Source: Takakia lepidozioides (lineage: Eukaryota > Plantae > Bryophyta). Taken from it: a DNA stretch of 64,000 bases. The DNA lies in contig CM060732.1 of assembly GCA_030704615.1 (NCBI GenBank), positions 79,546,001 to 79,610,000 of the forward strand. Direction: 5' to 3'. A program made the translations under genes and the position numbers. The stretch's first letter is position 1; each line of letters begins with the position of its first letter. Below are positions 35,591 to 49,377 of this stretch, in pieces. The notes under the pieces were generated by a model, which worked only from the letters and a program-made list of their open reading frames with translations, did no database searches and had not been told where the DNA came from.

Positions 35591-38500
35591 CTAGTCCAAC
35601 TTGAAATCTTCAAGCCATGTCAGCACTTCATTTCTCTGCACAAAGAAAATTGACAACATGTCAGACCTGCTACACACTTCCCTAAAGAATGTACTCATGA
35701 GACGTTGTTTGCAGTAGCCTGGTGGCCATAGACCCACACTTAGCTAAGGAGAAAATCATCACCACAGAACCCAGCCTAATCCTGCTATTCTGTATTCATC
35801 AGACGCAGTTTGCCGTAGCCTTGTGGCCCTGCTCAAAGATAGAGTGAGACTAAGGGAGACATGTCAGCTGCCGACTGATCAATTTTATGCTTGAGCTAGA
35901 TGTCTTCATCTATGTTGGGACCCCAGAGAAACAACCAAACACCAAAGATTGAAAAACCATCCAGCTGGTTGTAAGTTTCCAAGAAAGGAAGTGTAAGTCA
36001 CAGTGCCTGAGTATTTGATCACCCCTGCCATTAACCCATGGAGGCTAGGACGAAGTCCAATCTTAGAGGAAACTAGCACCCACAGTGTTCTCAAGATTTT
36101 GCAGGGGTAATCCATGTATAAATTGCTCCCTCATTCTGCTACTGCGTAACCCAATCCATCCACACACATCTTGGTAACCCAGTGAGGCCAACCATCCCCA
36201 TCCCCACTAGACAGGTGACCACTTTACCAAGTAACTCCCCTTGCAGCTGGCTTGATTGCATGAGATGGGCCTACAGAATTTGAGCCAAGGACCATCTGCA
36301 AGGCCACATCCCTGTATTACTAGGGCAATTTCGTGGAAGCTAATTCTTCTAGACGGGTGACGAGTCATGAGTCAGTTTATCACCATAAACAATGGATAAG
36401 TACTGCCTGGGTCATTGTATCGAGCAAGTGCAAAGCCTGCTTTTGGCTTCAGCTCATCTTTCACCAGTGCCTCTACCAGCTGCTCCTCCTTCTCTCTCAC
36501 AATTTCATCAGTTGGCTTCCCATTAAACTTAATAGCCGCCGCAATTCTCCCTTCGACTTGCCGCACCTTCAATTCATCAGACAATGGAGAGGGCAGCCTG
36601 CATCGTCCCACCCATGCCTTGTCAGGACAAAACACAAAAAGATTCTTGAGCAAGCTCCATACATATCTGACGGAATGTCAAATCCTTACTCGGACAACTT
36701 GCTTTGCAATGGCAAAACAATCTGAATCTTTACTCCTGATGTTGATTGCTCGTCAACAGTCTCTGTGTACACAGGTGTCGTCATCTTCATCTTCTCGCCC
36801 TTGTCATTTTTACCAAATATGTACCTGTCACACGTAGGAGATTAGTATCCTAACTTAGAATCAAACCCATGACCCACTTCTACTATTTTGCATTCCCAAG
36901 TTGCTCCTTCCAGATGAAAGTACCGATTAGCATCTGGAAGAGAAATTTTACTTTAACCTGGTATACATAAAACTTCAAAGTACATAAAACCATTCCATTT
37001 GTTTCATGTATTCCTGGGATGAAGTATGCGAGTGTCAAGCCGTATCATAGCCTTTGGCTTGATCAGATATGGCTTCTTCACTTCTGTGGGCACACGTTTC
37101 AACACTGAAAGATGCAAATTGGTGCAAATATCAGTCACCTTCTGGTATTGTGATCTCTTGTAATTACCACGAGGTCAACACACTGTAAACTGAGGAACTG
37201 CTAGGGAAAGTCGAAAGACCATGAAAACAATGTGTTGAAGACAAATGGGACCAACCCTGCAATTGTATTGAATCCCTTTGAGCCAGGTAACACATCTCCC
37301 TCAGTTTCTACAACTATGAATGGCTGGTATTCTCGTACCTGCATTACAATAGAAAATAGAACATTAGAGTAGATTTTCAAGGCTCGCTGACTGCTAGAGC
37401 AATGTGTCAAGGCTTCAGCTGCAAGCAATATGAATATTATGCTATCATAGCTGTCCTTCAAGGGCTAAGAAAACTACACTGTAGCAGCAGGAGAGAAGCT
37501 GACCTCATACACAGAAGTCCGCTTCAGAACCTTGTACTTAGGAGTCTCTAAATCAGGCATCTTGAAATATTGCATCTATGAAACAGCACCCACAGCATCA
37601 GATTGTACCAGAAGATGTCGTCCACCAATCGTCCAACCGCACAAATAGCAAAGATACTTGCAGTGTATTGCGCAATCTATTCGAATGCGACCTCTTTATT
37701 CAGACACATGCAAATTCATCACCAGACGCGTAAGAGAACAGACCCAATCAGCTTACATAGATCACAAAACCAAACATTGGCATGATGCCTATTTTCAGCA
37801 CACCTGCAACAATTTGAATCGTAAAAGAAAGACAATTAGGTTATACAGCTCCTTACCTGCCTTACGACGTCCTTTGCAGCTTCAAATGAGAAATACTCAT
37901 TGTTTTTTATTGAGTCCCAGATGTCCTAGTCCAGAAGCAATACCACACGCCACCCTATGAGTACAGCCTATATCACAAGATTGCCATAGTCTGTTAAGCT
38001 CCTGAAATATTCATATTTGTGCCTCTGGTTTGCGATCCTCAATTCGAAGGGTACTAACTTTGAATTAGGGAGCTAAAGGTCACCATCTACCCCTCTAAGG
38101 TTATGAATGGACCCGAACTAGTTGATTTTAAGCAGCAAGGATGTAGAAGTTGACAGTCTCAATTTATAAACTCATGTAGGACCGTGAATATACAATCTGT
38201 CCTTATTTCCTCTGTGCAGATGCTGTAGGAAATTGCCCCTTGCATTCAAGCCTGTTTGTGGTGTGCTGATAGCTTCAGCTCATTGACCCTGCTTTGGTGG
38301 CCTCACTCAAAAACCCATATTTGAGGTGTGACCTTACTTCCTTGAAGATGCACTTTTGTTTGCAAACTCACCAGGTGTCTATGCCAGTCCACTCTGTTCT
38401 TGTTCGTCTGCTTTTAATGCCCTTTTGTTCAACCTCTAAATGCCCCTATCTCTGATGCTCTATGGTCAAGATACATTTCTTAGATACAAGAACCTTAATT

Positions 38501-40013
38501 AAGGTGTGTTTAATTACTAAATTGAGGTCATCTACCCAATTTGCACTCTAACAAGCCCAAGACCCCAATTGCAGGCATGAAAGCACAAGTGTAATATGAC
38601 ATCAGTGCGTGGCTGTAAGTGGCAGAGGTAGAGCTTACAATGTGAGAAAAAAACTTGCCAGTTTCGGGATTGATGCGCATGATTGACAAGCCTGTGAAAA
38701 TGAGCTTAGGCTTCCAGAGCAGAAGCGCAAAAGTCATTGTCATTGTCCACCTTGTTGTGATTTCATGTGGCCCCGTCTGCCATCACCAAAACAGAGCAGA
38801 ATATAGGCGCGATTGACCACCATTTTCTCTTCTTTTGTATAACCACTGCTGAGTGTGGCAGAACTATGACAAGCTTGGGGAGAACACATGAGCTTATCTG
38901 GAAACCTAAGATGATGTCAAGGAATAATGATACACCCTCACTTTAATACATAGAATGCTAACAACCCAAAGGAGCCTCTACATTCGGCAGGACTACAACC
39001 TACTTATGGTAGCAAGACCTGTCCCAGAAATTTGATTTTGATGGGCTCGTATGTGGCAATAATTCTTCAAACTTGGCCCATTACAATTGAAGCCTGAGCT
39101 TGATTAGTACTGGAGGGATTACACTAAGTTAGCTTCTAACTCCACTTCCCATTCCTTACACAAACGCCCTCTCCTTCATGAAGTGCAGCTGGAAACAAGC
39201 ATCAATCCACCATGCTACGGAATCCAGATGTCTTGTGAATTACAGCTGAGACACTACCCCAGAAACGTCCTGTAGTTTTGCATTACGAAACAGTTTGCCA
39301 ATCACAGACTGCTCTCATTTTAACAAAGAAATGTTTCCTCTTCGCTGAGTGCACCTCTCCGTATAGCACAACTAGCTGACAGAGAGTGGAATATTAAATG
39401 AACTCTGCACATGGAGGAAACTCACCTGGTTGACAGTATGGAGCTCAAATATGGGAGAAAACACCCGGCGCAATATCTGGATGTTGAAGAGGTAGCCCTC
39501 CAAGCTATCATATCTGGTAATGGGATCCCTAAATTCCACCTTTGAATCATACATGGACTTATCAATTCCCTGTTCATCAAACAAATGCGGCAAGTCTTGC
39601 CGCAAGAAGTCCTTCAGCTCCTCCATTTTATCATCAGGTACTGCCTTCTCTTTCTCTAAGGTGGTCGGCGACTGGGATGCCTGGCACAGTATATGGCTTT
39701 TCCTGTCCTTCATGTGTTTGAATGTGTGAATTGTTTGTGGTTGAACATCTCTTTGCAAATACTTTGGAGCCCGACTGTTAAAGTTCGAAGCTTTTGAGTT
39801 CACAATATGAGTCTGATCACTGAAAGCACAGCTGCACTTGAATGCGAACAAAGAACTGCATGATCCAGGATTTGATGAAGTGGATTTCACTGCAAGAATC
39901 GTATGCCTCCCTGCTTTTGATCTTGGATAGTTTGCACCTGAATGGACAAACGAAGCTTTATAGTCGTTAAATAGAGGGGCAGTGACTCTTGCGCAGGTGA
40001 GGGAGCCCGCCAT
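35591..40013 (-). CDS. SOUL haem-binding protein with N-terminal SnoaL-like (DUF2358) domain, probably plastid-targeted
   Basis: Exons translate to FLRQDLPHLFDEQGID...FRDPIT, TGPHEITTRWTM, DIWDSIKNNEYFS, PDLETPKYKVLKRT, VREYQPFIVVE...GFNTIAG, YIFGKN...MTTPV, ARYNDPG and RNEVLTWLEDFKLD*. Ser-rich N-terminus. Confidence 0.9.
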
Positions 40014-43000
40014 GGCCAATCCACTTGTGCAGGACACGAAACTACTCAAGCCCACCGACCCCTCTTTTCTGCCCAGCTCCCCGAGCTCAAACAAGAAAGT
40101 TCCACAGTGTACATGTGGAATCTGCAGTTGGGTTTCTCTCGGTTGGCAAGTGGCAGTCCGGTATCAGAGCTGCAGACTAGCCTTGTTTGCAGCGCAGTGG
40201 ATTACAAAGCAGAATGCAAGGCAGCCTGCTAACTGATCATGTGTGGAACTCGCACCTGCATATTCTGCATGTACATTCTTACACCAATGAGGACGTGAAA
40301 TGTGGCAAACTCAGAGCCAGCTATTCAGCCCATTTTCAAAGCCTTGAAACGTCTCTGAGAGGGAAAGAGTTGATGGGAAAGGCATTGCCAGTGTCTTGAG
40401 AGTCTGGGCAATCTCCTTAAAAGCATTTCATCACGCTGGACTTCTTGTTCGAAGTGCTAAAGCGGATGTGAGTCTATCTTTGGAGATTTAGTAGAGTCTC
40501 AAAATTCTTCCAGAGTACGTGGCAACCCGCTTCGCCAACTCTTCCCTTCACACTTGACGGGTTGTAGCCACACACAAAATGCAGACTCGTCCCAAAAGTT
40601 TGCTTCAAGATGGCCAACCAACTCAGACTCATCGAGATTGATGAGAGATGATTCGCGAAGAGTTCCATGAGGAATTCGCCAGAGTAGGTTTCTAGTGAAC
40701 AGAATGATCTCAGCATGGCCGTTTTTAATGGTGGCAACCAAAGGCTGGAACTTTCAGTATAGAATAGTGTTACAGTTATTACTTGTTTTAGAGTGACCTC
40801 TCTGTTTGTACGTAGCCATGGCCCAGTTTCATGTATTTCTCATGACCCAGCCCGCATCCTTGTACCATTCTGGGGTAAGAGTATCTACAAGGATTGTTAA
40901 AAGGAGAATTTCTTATGTGGAACTCGCGACTGGGTCTCATGGGATTGCGGTACCAGAATGTAAGAGAAGTAGATTCAAGCTGTTCGCTTCCGACAATACA
41001 AGTGGTGCCAGGTGAGACATTGTTTTTTGGCGTAGCGAGGGTTGCGAGGGATGTTGAGGACGAAGCATGGAGATCGACAGCTGAGATGTAAAAACTTGAG
41101 AAACGACGAGGATGTAGGGACCATCTATTTGAGAAGATTACAATTTTCGGCAATTAGATAGAAGTTATCAAATTTTCCCCGACAGTGTTACGCTCTTGGC
41201 CCTAAAAGACCAGCTGAGCATCGTAGTGGGTGCCTTTGCTACAAGAAGCAGGATAAAAGAGACAGAAGAAGAATGGACTATATGTCCACATAAAGCCAAA
41301 GAGTTAATCGGACAGCCTTTCTATTTGTCTCCAACAAGGCATCATAAGCATTGCCCTATCTGTGCTATCGTTTATTAGTTTGTCTGGTTGTTTTTACTGG
41401 CATCATACTTCAATGGTATGTAACTTGGTTACTCGTCATTCAGTGTAGAAAGAAATGATGCAGCTGCCACGGGACCGCTAATGAAGCCTGATCCAATGGT
41501 ACATTCTCTCTCTCTCTCTCTCTTTCTCTCCCTAATGTCTCATGACTCTCTCTGTCTCTCTCTGTCTGTGTCTCGCTGCATTCTTAGGGATGTAATCTCT
41601 CCATATTGGCCTCATGTCACATTAGGATATCAAACTAGATATAGTATCAATATTGATTCTTATATGGGGCGTCATTAAAGTGGAGGATCTATGGCACTTC
41701 CTTACTTAGGCCACCCACTGTGAAGGATTTATATTGTGCAAGGACAGAGGCCCAAAGGCTGTGACGTCCATGTAATGGCCAAGCATGACAGTAAAGAGTA
41801 CATCCCTCTCCCATTCCTGACATTGAACGGATGTAGTGGGTTATGTACAGCTGACAGCAGAGGATGCAGTGAAGGTGCAGATGGATGCTTTGGCATTGAA
41901 TGACGAGCCCCGTCCTGACCATGGCCTAGAGGTGGGCCTCTATCCTTATGAGTTGTGTGTTCTATGTTCTGGAAGATTGTTGATACGATATCAATAATAG
42001 TGAAAATGTTTGCTATTTTGACTACAGAGTCCCCCTCTCTTTCTGCGTTCATATTTCTCAATACTTGATATGTTGGAGTTTTCATGTCTGTGTTCAAAAC
42101 AAAATCATCGTGCTACTTTTAACATGTGCACAGGGTATTTGACTTAGCTGATTGGAAAACCCAGATGATAACCATAGACGAAACCGTAGAAATGCAAGTG
42201 GATGTGCTACTAAAGCCCCTGCCAGCAGACACCTTTGTGGAGGTCAGGTGGCAATCCAACATTTTAAGAGTCTCATAAAGGATGTGTTCCAACCTGGCTT
42301 CGAAAGTGAACCTTACAAGGGTCTCCTATTATACTTCTCTTTTGTGAAAAGCTACGCAGGTAGTGTACTACTTTGCAAATTTGGAAGGAACCCTGGATGG
42401 AGGGTCACTGTCCCAGTACTTTGGATTCGCGTCTGATCTCTATCATTTTGGCCACTTTGCCCTCAAATTTAAGACAAGGTAATGTCCCTGGGGGTCATTT
42501 CAGATTGTTTTCTGTCATTGAACTGCTCACATTCAGATTACCTTGTAGGGGTCCCCAGACACCGGTTGAATGGTATGGGTGGGAGAGAGGGAGACAATGT
42601 TCTTGTTATGTTACACTTTGCCATGCGCCCTAAGGGATGAAACCTCTCCGCATTGGGTTGGCAATTTAGGTTGGAATTGTCAATAGCACTCCTACTGTTA
42701 CCGATGTGTCATTTGGAATACTGGGCTTTCAACTTTTTGGTCAAACAGACTAGTGACATGGTGCAAATTATGTCTTTTCACAATGAAGAGCTACAGCCAT
42801 CCATTTGACCTGTTGACAGCGGTAACCAGGGCAAACATGTTTACCCAAACCTTCCCCCCAAGGACTGGAAAGGTCCAAAGTGGCCCACACATTAGGTGAC
42901 TGGTTGAAATTACTGCCCCTTTGTGGGGCAGATTGAAGCTTGAGAATGTACTCAGAAGACGTTGTTTGCGTAGCCTTGTGGCCATTGACCCCGCGCCCAG

Positions 43001-43689
43001 TTTGGAAACTTGAGAGAGAGAGATAGAAGAAGGGATGCAGGTGGGAACTATGCACAATGTCTCCAGGGGAGTTTGTATCCTAGAGGGAGGATCTGACCCT
43101 AGAGAGGAAGGTCAGGAATAGTTTGTGGGAGCCGTTGTGGTTCCCACTGCCACCCTCGGTGGCCTGACTATTCCAGCGATCTTTTGGCCCTCATGGAGGA
43201 TGAGGATGCCTCATCATTTGGTGTGTTCTTTGGGTCAGAATCTAAACCTATGGTTACGGGCACAGAGTCAATCCGTGACATTCATTTTTGCTGCATTTGT
43301 TCCAGGTACCCAGAGCTTATTGGTCATGATGGCTACCACGTCATAAGCAACGAAGAGAACATAAAAGACGATGAAGAGCATCCACTTGGGGCATCTACAC
43401 CAGTTTCTCATATCCACATAAAAGTAAAAGATGAGAGTAGCAGTGGTAGGTGGGTGTTTCACTTGTCTAAGAGTGCGAGAGGGAAGCTTCCTCCTTGTTG
43501 GCTTACTGACAGTCTCCTTAAGGATGATCAAGACGGCTGAGGCGGAGGCACTGGAAAGGTTGCAATGCTTTTGCCAGTACACTGACCATCTCATAAGATC
43601 AATTACCTCCAGTGAGCTACCATCCTAGTCTTGCAGCCATATCCTCATCTCAATCCCTACTGGTAAGGTGCCAATGTCACTCTTGGTCA

Positions 43690-44260
43690 GTGGGGGAGAT
43701 GGGTTGGATAAAGAGGGCAACACCTTGGTAGATTTGAAGATGTTCAATAACAACTTGTTGGTTAAAGCATTCTGTTTGGGCTTGTTAGAGAAACAAGTGG
43801 AAAGGTATGCCTGATGTGAGAGATCAAATTTGCTTCAACTTCCTTAACCTTCTCAGAAGTTTGATCTCAGTTTCCATCCTTGATAGGCTTTCTTTGATTT
43901 GGACCAAATCTCAAGGGTGCTTTTGTGGAAACTCAAGTACGGGTTGATTACCAAGTCAATTCTAGCTTTTCGGAAGGCACTCTGACTAGTTGGGTCTGTA
44001 GACAAACTTGAATGAATGCTTGCTGGCAGTGTGAATGTCAGATCTCTTAAAACTTTGAGGTCTTTTGTTTGTCAAGTAGGTTGGTACTTTGCTGAGTGCA
44101 CAGACAGGTGATTTCTTCTGAATTCAAGGAGGATGATCTTCCTGTAATGCTCTTAATGAAAAATGATTGGATTACGGTTCGATGATCTCATCACAATTGA
44201 CAACAGGATGATGCAACATCAGCGCACCAGAGCCTTGCTTTGGATTGTCATGGTTGTTGT
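43690..44260 (+). mobile_element. Highly degraded L1-like LINE remnant
   Basis: GGDGL...DLKMFNNNLLVK resembles the post-RT GGLG..L..FN..LL.K motif. Many stops. Confidence 0.35.
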
Positions 44261-45019
44261 ATGGGTATTTCTCCTTTTCAAAATCTTACTTGCAACTCAA
44301 ATGAAAAAAATTTCAATGTTTGATACTGCTTGTCATATTTTCATCCATCTTCAGTCCAAATTACTTTTCATCCACCTTCATCGAGTTGTAACTACTTTTC
44401 ATCGATTTTATCCACATTATGGTCTTATCACCTGCCACAGATCTACTTTCATCCACATCCATATGTTTATCTCAAACATGAGTGGTGTACTGTCATCCAT
44501 TAGCAACCAACTTTTCGTCCACTCACATCCATCCTTTTCATTCACAACATCCATATTTATCCCTGCACTTATCTCTATCTCTTCATCCATTATCAATCCA
44601 TCAGTGTTCATCCATTTTCATGAACTTGTCCTCAACTTCTTGCCCACTCTCATCCAAACTAGTCATCTCAATATTCATGCTATATCTATATACAACTTTA
44701 TATATACATATATATACCTTTGTTTATTGTAGGAGCCTTTCACAACTTATCAATAAAAGTACAATCTCTTTTTTTACCCAATTCATATTTTAATTTTATA
44801 CGCCAGTACTACTTTATTTATTTATTTATTTATTTTATTTTTAAGAGAAAGGGGACGGAGAAAGCCAGTACTTTTTTTGTCGCCCAGTGATTTAATGAAT
44901 CTATCATTTTAGTAGGGGGAAAGAAAGGGGGACTCCATTGGAGCCCTTACATGAAAAGCAAGGGATAAAAATGACTCTGCAGGGACAACATTAGGCTTCG
45001 GTAATTCCAAGGCCTGCTC

Positions 45020-45250
45020 ACAGTTTCCGCACATTTGATCGTGTGAAAGATGGCCGTGCATTTGCCGGACTCGGTCCATTTGGTTGACTGATTGTTCAAT
45101 CAATATATGGGCCCATGTGGACAAATCAAACAAAATGTCCGGGCAAAACTGACAGTTTCCGCACATATGATCGTGTGAAAGATGGCCGTGCATTTGTCGG
45201 ACTAAGCCCATTTTGGCCGACTGATCGATTAATGCCCTATGTGGGGCAAC
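45020..45250. repeat. Tandem duplication, 132-bp period
   Basis: ACAGTTTCCGCACAT.TGATCGTGTGAAAGATGGCCGTGCATTTG at 45020 and 45152. Confidence 0.85.
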
Positions 45251-46328
45251 TCGAATCAAAATATGCGGTCGTAGTCCTTTGTTGCTATGGCCTTCCGAGT
45301 TGTATTCTGTTCCCTTCTTGCAATAAAATACGGCCTCCATCCCTCGAAAAACAAAACCCCACCACTTTCCCGGGATGCTTTTCTCCGTAAAAATGTAATG
45401 CAGTAACTATTCTCGAAAAGTTTGTCGATGGAAGATTCCCGGATCTGTATGAAATCAGGAAAGGATATGCTTCGGTAACCGTGGTTAAGGCGGCGCTAGT
45501 GGACGGTAACCGAAGCCCGTTACACCACCCGTTTCGCATGAGAATATACGTATAGATCAACACCGTGTCATTCATCTGCACGTGGCGCTCCAGGATTTGG
45601 CCGTATAACACTGGACGAGATGCCCTCGGATATTCTCACGGGGCCCCACTTTTGGATATAATACTCTTTATCCATTTAATCTAATATTATTTTCAATTAA
45701 CCGCCTAAATGCTTGGGATGGGAATGAGAGCCCGGTTGGATGAATATCATTCACACTGCAATCGCTCTCAGTCAAAACTCACAACCCACAGAAACACATC
45801 TACGACGAGGATGAAAGGATTGCTTACCATCCAATAGTATTTACCAAGGATTAAAAAATGGATTGAAGTATTTCTGGGAAAAATAAGAGTGAAATAGTAA
45901 TAATTAAATCAAAAAGGTGACGAGATGCTTTAACCGCCTACCAGTCTTCCAGGGACCTGGAACCTCACTCCCGTCCTGTCCCTCTCTCTCCCGCACTCAC
46001 GGCTCTGCGTAGTCCTATGTTGCACTTGATCGTCTCTCTGCATTTTGAAGCGCAGCTGGAAAGAGTCTTGTGAATCTTGCGAGACTCGAGGAATTGGTGA
46101 TGGGATTACGAGGAATGGTGCTGTGAGCTGAAAGGATTCTGTGTAACTTGTAGTCAATGGGGTTTGTGAGGGGACTAGTCTGTGCATACTCTTCTCCTTC
46201 TGATCGAGACCAGCTGAAAGTCTCCTGCACATGCAGGCACATGCAGGAAGAAAACTTGAGAATCGAGTGATGGGCTTGCAGACGATGGTGTGAGTGCTCA
46301 AGGTTTTGTGAGAGTGTGCAGCAGGTAG

Positions 46329-49300
46329 ATGAGGTCCGGAGCTCTGATAGGGGCTGCTTCTGAGAAATCCATGGCGGCGGCTCAGGGGAAGCAGCGCATT
46401 CTCGTGGGGGAGCCAGCCCCGCCACTGTCGGTTAATCTTCTGCGTAACTTCCTCGAGGTGCAGTTGCCCTTGAGATCTTTGAGAAACCTGGCCATGGCCG
46501 TCAATTGGATCTCCGCTTTTGTGCCTGCTCGCCTCAAGCTGGAGCATCCAAGCCTGTTGAAGCTCGAGACAAAGGGGCGAGCTGACTCGGCTCCTTTCCG
46601 TTTGTCATCCGTGTGGCTTCCGAGATTTCCCAACATCGGCGTGCAGGAGAATGTGAAGGAGCTGAATGACGTGCAGGTGCGCCGAGATCTCGCTGAGAAG
46701 CCAACTAGTGTTGTGGATTCGGAGACTGAAAGACGTACATTCCCCTTTGTAAATACGCGCGGGCAAACGCTTTTCACGCAATCGTGGACCCCAGCACCTG
46801 ACAAGAACATGAAGTAAGTCGCGAGGGAGAAGTGGGAATACGTCAAAGTGATAGTCTTTACAATGAGTTCACATAATCGGCTACTTTTCTGCTTCTTTCC
46901 ATGAAGGTCACTGTTTCAAAAGCTTAGTGTCGGGTGCTTTCTTCTCCGTCGTTAACGCAATAACCGATGATGGAGCTGGATTGTAGTTTTCTGTGCTTGA
47001 ATATCTCTCGTTCTTTGTTGTCTCTCCCAGCATATTCGCCCCCTCCTTCTGCCTCTTCCTTTTGGTGTGGAGTGGTGGTTCTCATGGAAAAATCATGCGT
47101 AAGTGTTGGTGTGCTTACACATCTCAGAAGGCTTTCCTGCGCTTGATTAAACAAGAGAGGGAAAGAGGGCTCAGGTTGGAAGTAGTGAGAATTGAGGGAA
47201 GGGGATCCAGCGAGGGAGAGAGAGAAGGAAGGGAGGCAAGTGGCATGTCCAAGCCCAAAAAAACCTTCCACTTGGTGCTCTGACTATTGCAGAGTGTGAC
47301 CGCTCACAAGTCTGTAGGTGGTCGACTGAGCCTTAGTTACAGTTTTCTCACTACGGGCATGGCGTGATTCCTATTTGCAGGGCCCTAGTTGTTGTGTTGC
47401 ACGGACTCAATGAGCACAGGTACTGCACTCAACCAATTGGATGGATATACTCGGAGGTTTTGCATGAATACATGTATGAGGCTCTCTGATGGGTGCCTGC
47501 AGTTCCGGGCTTGGTCAGATGCTGTTTTCATTGATAGATGCGCAGTATGAATGTGAGTTTGGGTGGTTCCTACTGTGCTGCAGTGGGCGGTACGCACATT
47601 TTGCAAAGCACCTCAACTCAGAAGGCTATGGAGTGTTTGGCATGGACTGGATCGGTAAGCTTCTAATTCTGCTTGCAACATCTTCTTTCGTCCGAGAAGT
47701 TTCTTGTCACTTTCTTGCCAGAGTGTTGCAAGCAGCAGCTTTTGTAGAAGTTTGTAGCCCAAATGCCTAATTACCTATAGAGGTGTCATGCAGTTGGTCT
47801 TGGAAACACCCCAATACTAGTCTGGTCAAAGTACAATTACACTTGGCCAGCTTCACAGTTGTTGCTTTGCTGAATGATTTTAAGTGGAAAAGCATTGGGC
47901 CCAATTGAAGGATACGGGAGCCAGCTCACAGCTGTTTGCAAGTTGCGCACTTCTTGAAATCTTGCAAAAGTTTGGGCATCTGTTTCCTCAAGATTGGACT
48001 TAAGGGGTTCAGAGATGCACAACCCAGGAAGCTCCTTGCCTTCTTTCTTCTCTCACACACACACCCAAGATACAGAGCACTGAGTGCTTGTCATATCTGG
48101 GGGTGCATGCAGGCCACGGGGGAAGCGATGGTTTGCATGGTTATGTTGAGTCGCTTGATCATGTGGTTTCCGATGCGGTAAGCTCCCTCTAGCTGCAGTG
48201 AGGTCAATGTATTATATTCTGCCGTTGGCACGTTTGAAGTGCAATAAGCCTGCCCGTGTGACGAGACTTGGGAGATATATCATTAGGAGACTGTAACTTA
48301 GTGCCTGAGTGATTGTGACATTTGGTCTTCCGATGGCAAATTTTGAAGTTGGGATTTAGCTTCTGTTCCTTGCAGAAAGCGTATTTTCAAAGAGTGACAG
48401 CTGATCATCCCGGCATTCCCTGCTTCCTTTTTGGGCACTCGACAGGTGGCGCCATTGCTTTGAAGGTATTAAATCATGAGCGCAGTAGATATTGTGAAAC
48501 CTCCCAAAATTGTTGGATGTTTGTCAAGTGGGGTGTTTTGTACTCGCTGTCTATGTTGGCATGCTATGCTTGTGCATCTTTCCTCTCCCTCTTCTGGTTC
48601 AACCGTGTTAGGTGTGGATATTGCAAGGAACAGTTTGATAATGTTTTGAAGTGGTGGCAGGCGGCTTCACAACCTGGAATGGGAAGGGCATTAGAGGGAC
48701 TTGTTTTGACATCACCAGCTGTGCTTGTAAGGCCTGCACATCCAATACTTGGGGTAAGCCAGGCTCCCTTTATGTGTTCCATAGAAGCTGTATAATCATG
48801 TATAATGAGTGCTTTTTGCCCACCTTTTCCCCCTTCTAATTGGCTTTGGCAATGGCTTCATTGAGTTCTCTTTCAAAAACACTTAACTGGTCACGACCTC
48901 TCTGAGCATGGTCTTCCTCAATTTTTGCAGATTGTTGCTCCCCTTTTGTCAGCTCTCCTACCAAGATACCAGTTCAGAGGAGCCAGCAAACAGGTGTCCG
49001 TTTGCCGTGACCCTGCTGCTCTCGTTACAAAGTACACTGACCCCTTGGTCTACACTGGTGCCATCCGTATCCGGACAGGAACTGAGATCCTTCGACTGAG
49101 TAGCTACTTATTACAGAATTTGAGGAGAGTTCGCACTCCGCTTTTCGTGCTCCATGGCTCGGATGATCAAGTCACTGAACCTCTTGGATCTGAACAACTT
49201 TACAACCAAGCGTCCTCCAAGCACAAGACCCTCAACGTCTATGATGGGCTACTGCATGATCTGTTGTTTGAGCCTGAGAAGGAAGCCATTACCGGAGACA

Positions 49301-49377
49301 TTGTACGATGGTTGGACACCCGACTTGCGCAATCTCAGAGAAGCAATTGTATTCAGGATAGTTCAACCCATTCTTGA
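46329..49377 (+). CDS. Monoacylglycerol lipase-like alpha/beta hydrolase (Hydrolase_4 family)
   Basis: Exons about 46329-46814, 47381-47419, 47584-47654, 48112-48177, 48376-48465, 48661-48753, 48931-49377. Motifs LFTQSW, VLHGLNEHSGRY, DWIGHGGSDG, nucleophile GHSTG, LHGSDDQVT and LHDLLFE. Confidence 0.92.

Noticed and set aside
40400-42700. Short ORFs upstream of the SOUL gene
   Set aside because: No recognisable domain or consistent exon structure.
44163-44793. Hydrophobic His/Ile-rich ORFs
   Set aside because: They arise from low-complexity TCATCCA-rich sequence (a similar reverse-strand tract lies at about 53630-53880) and are unlikely to be coding.
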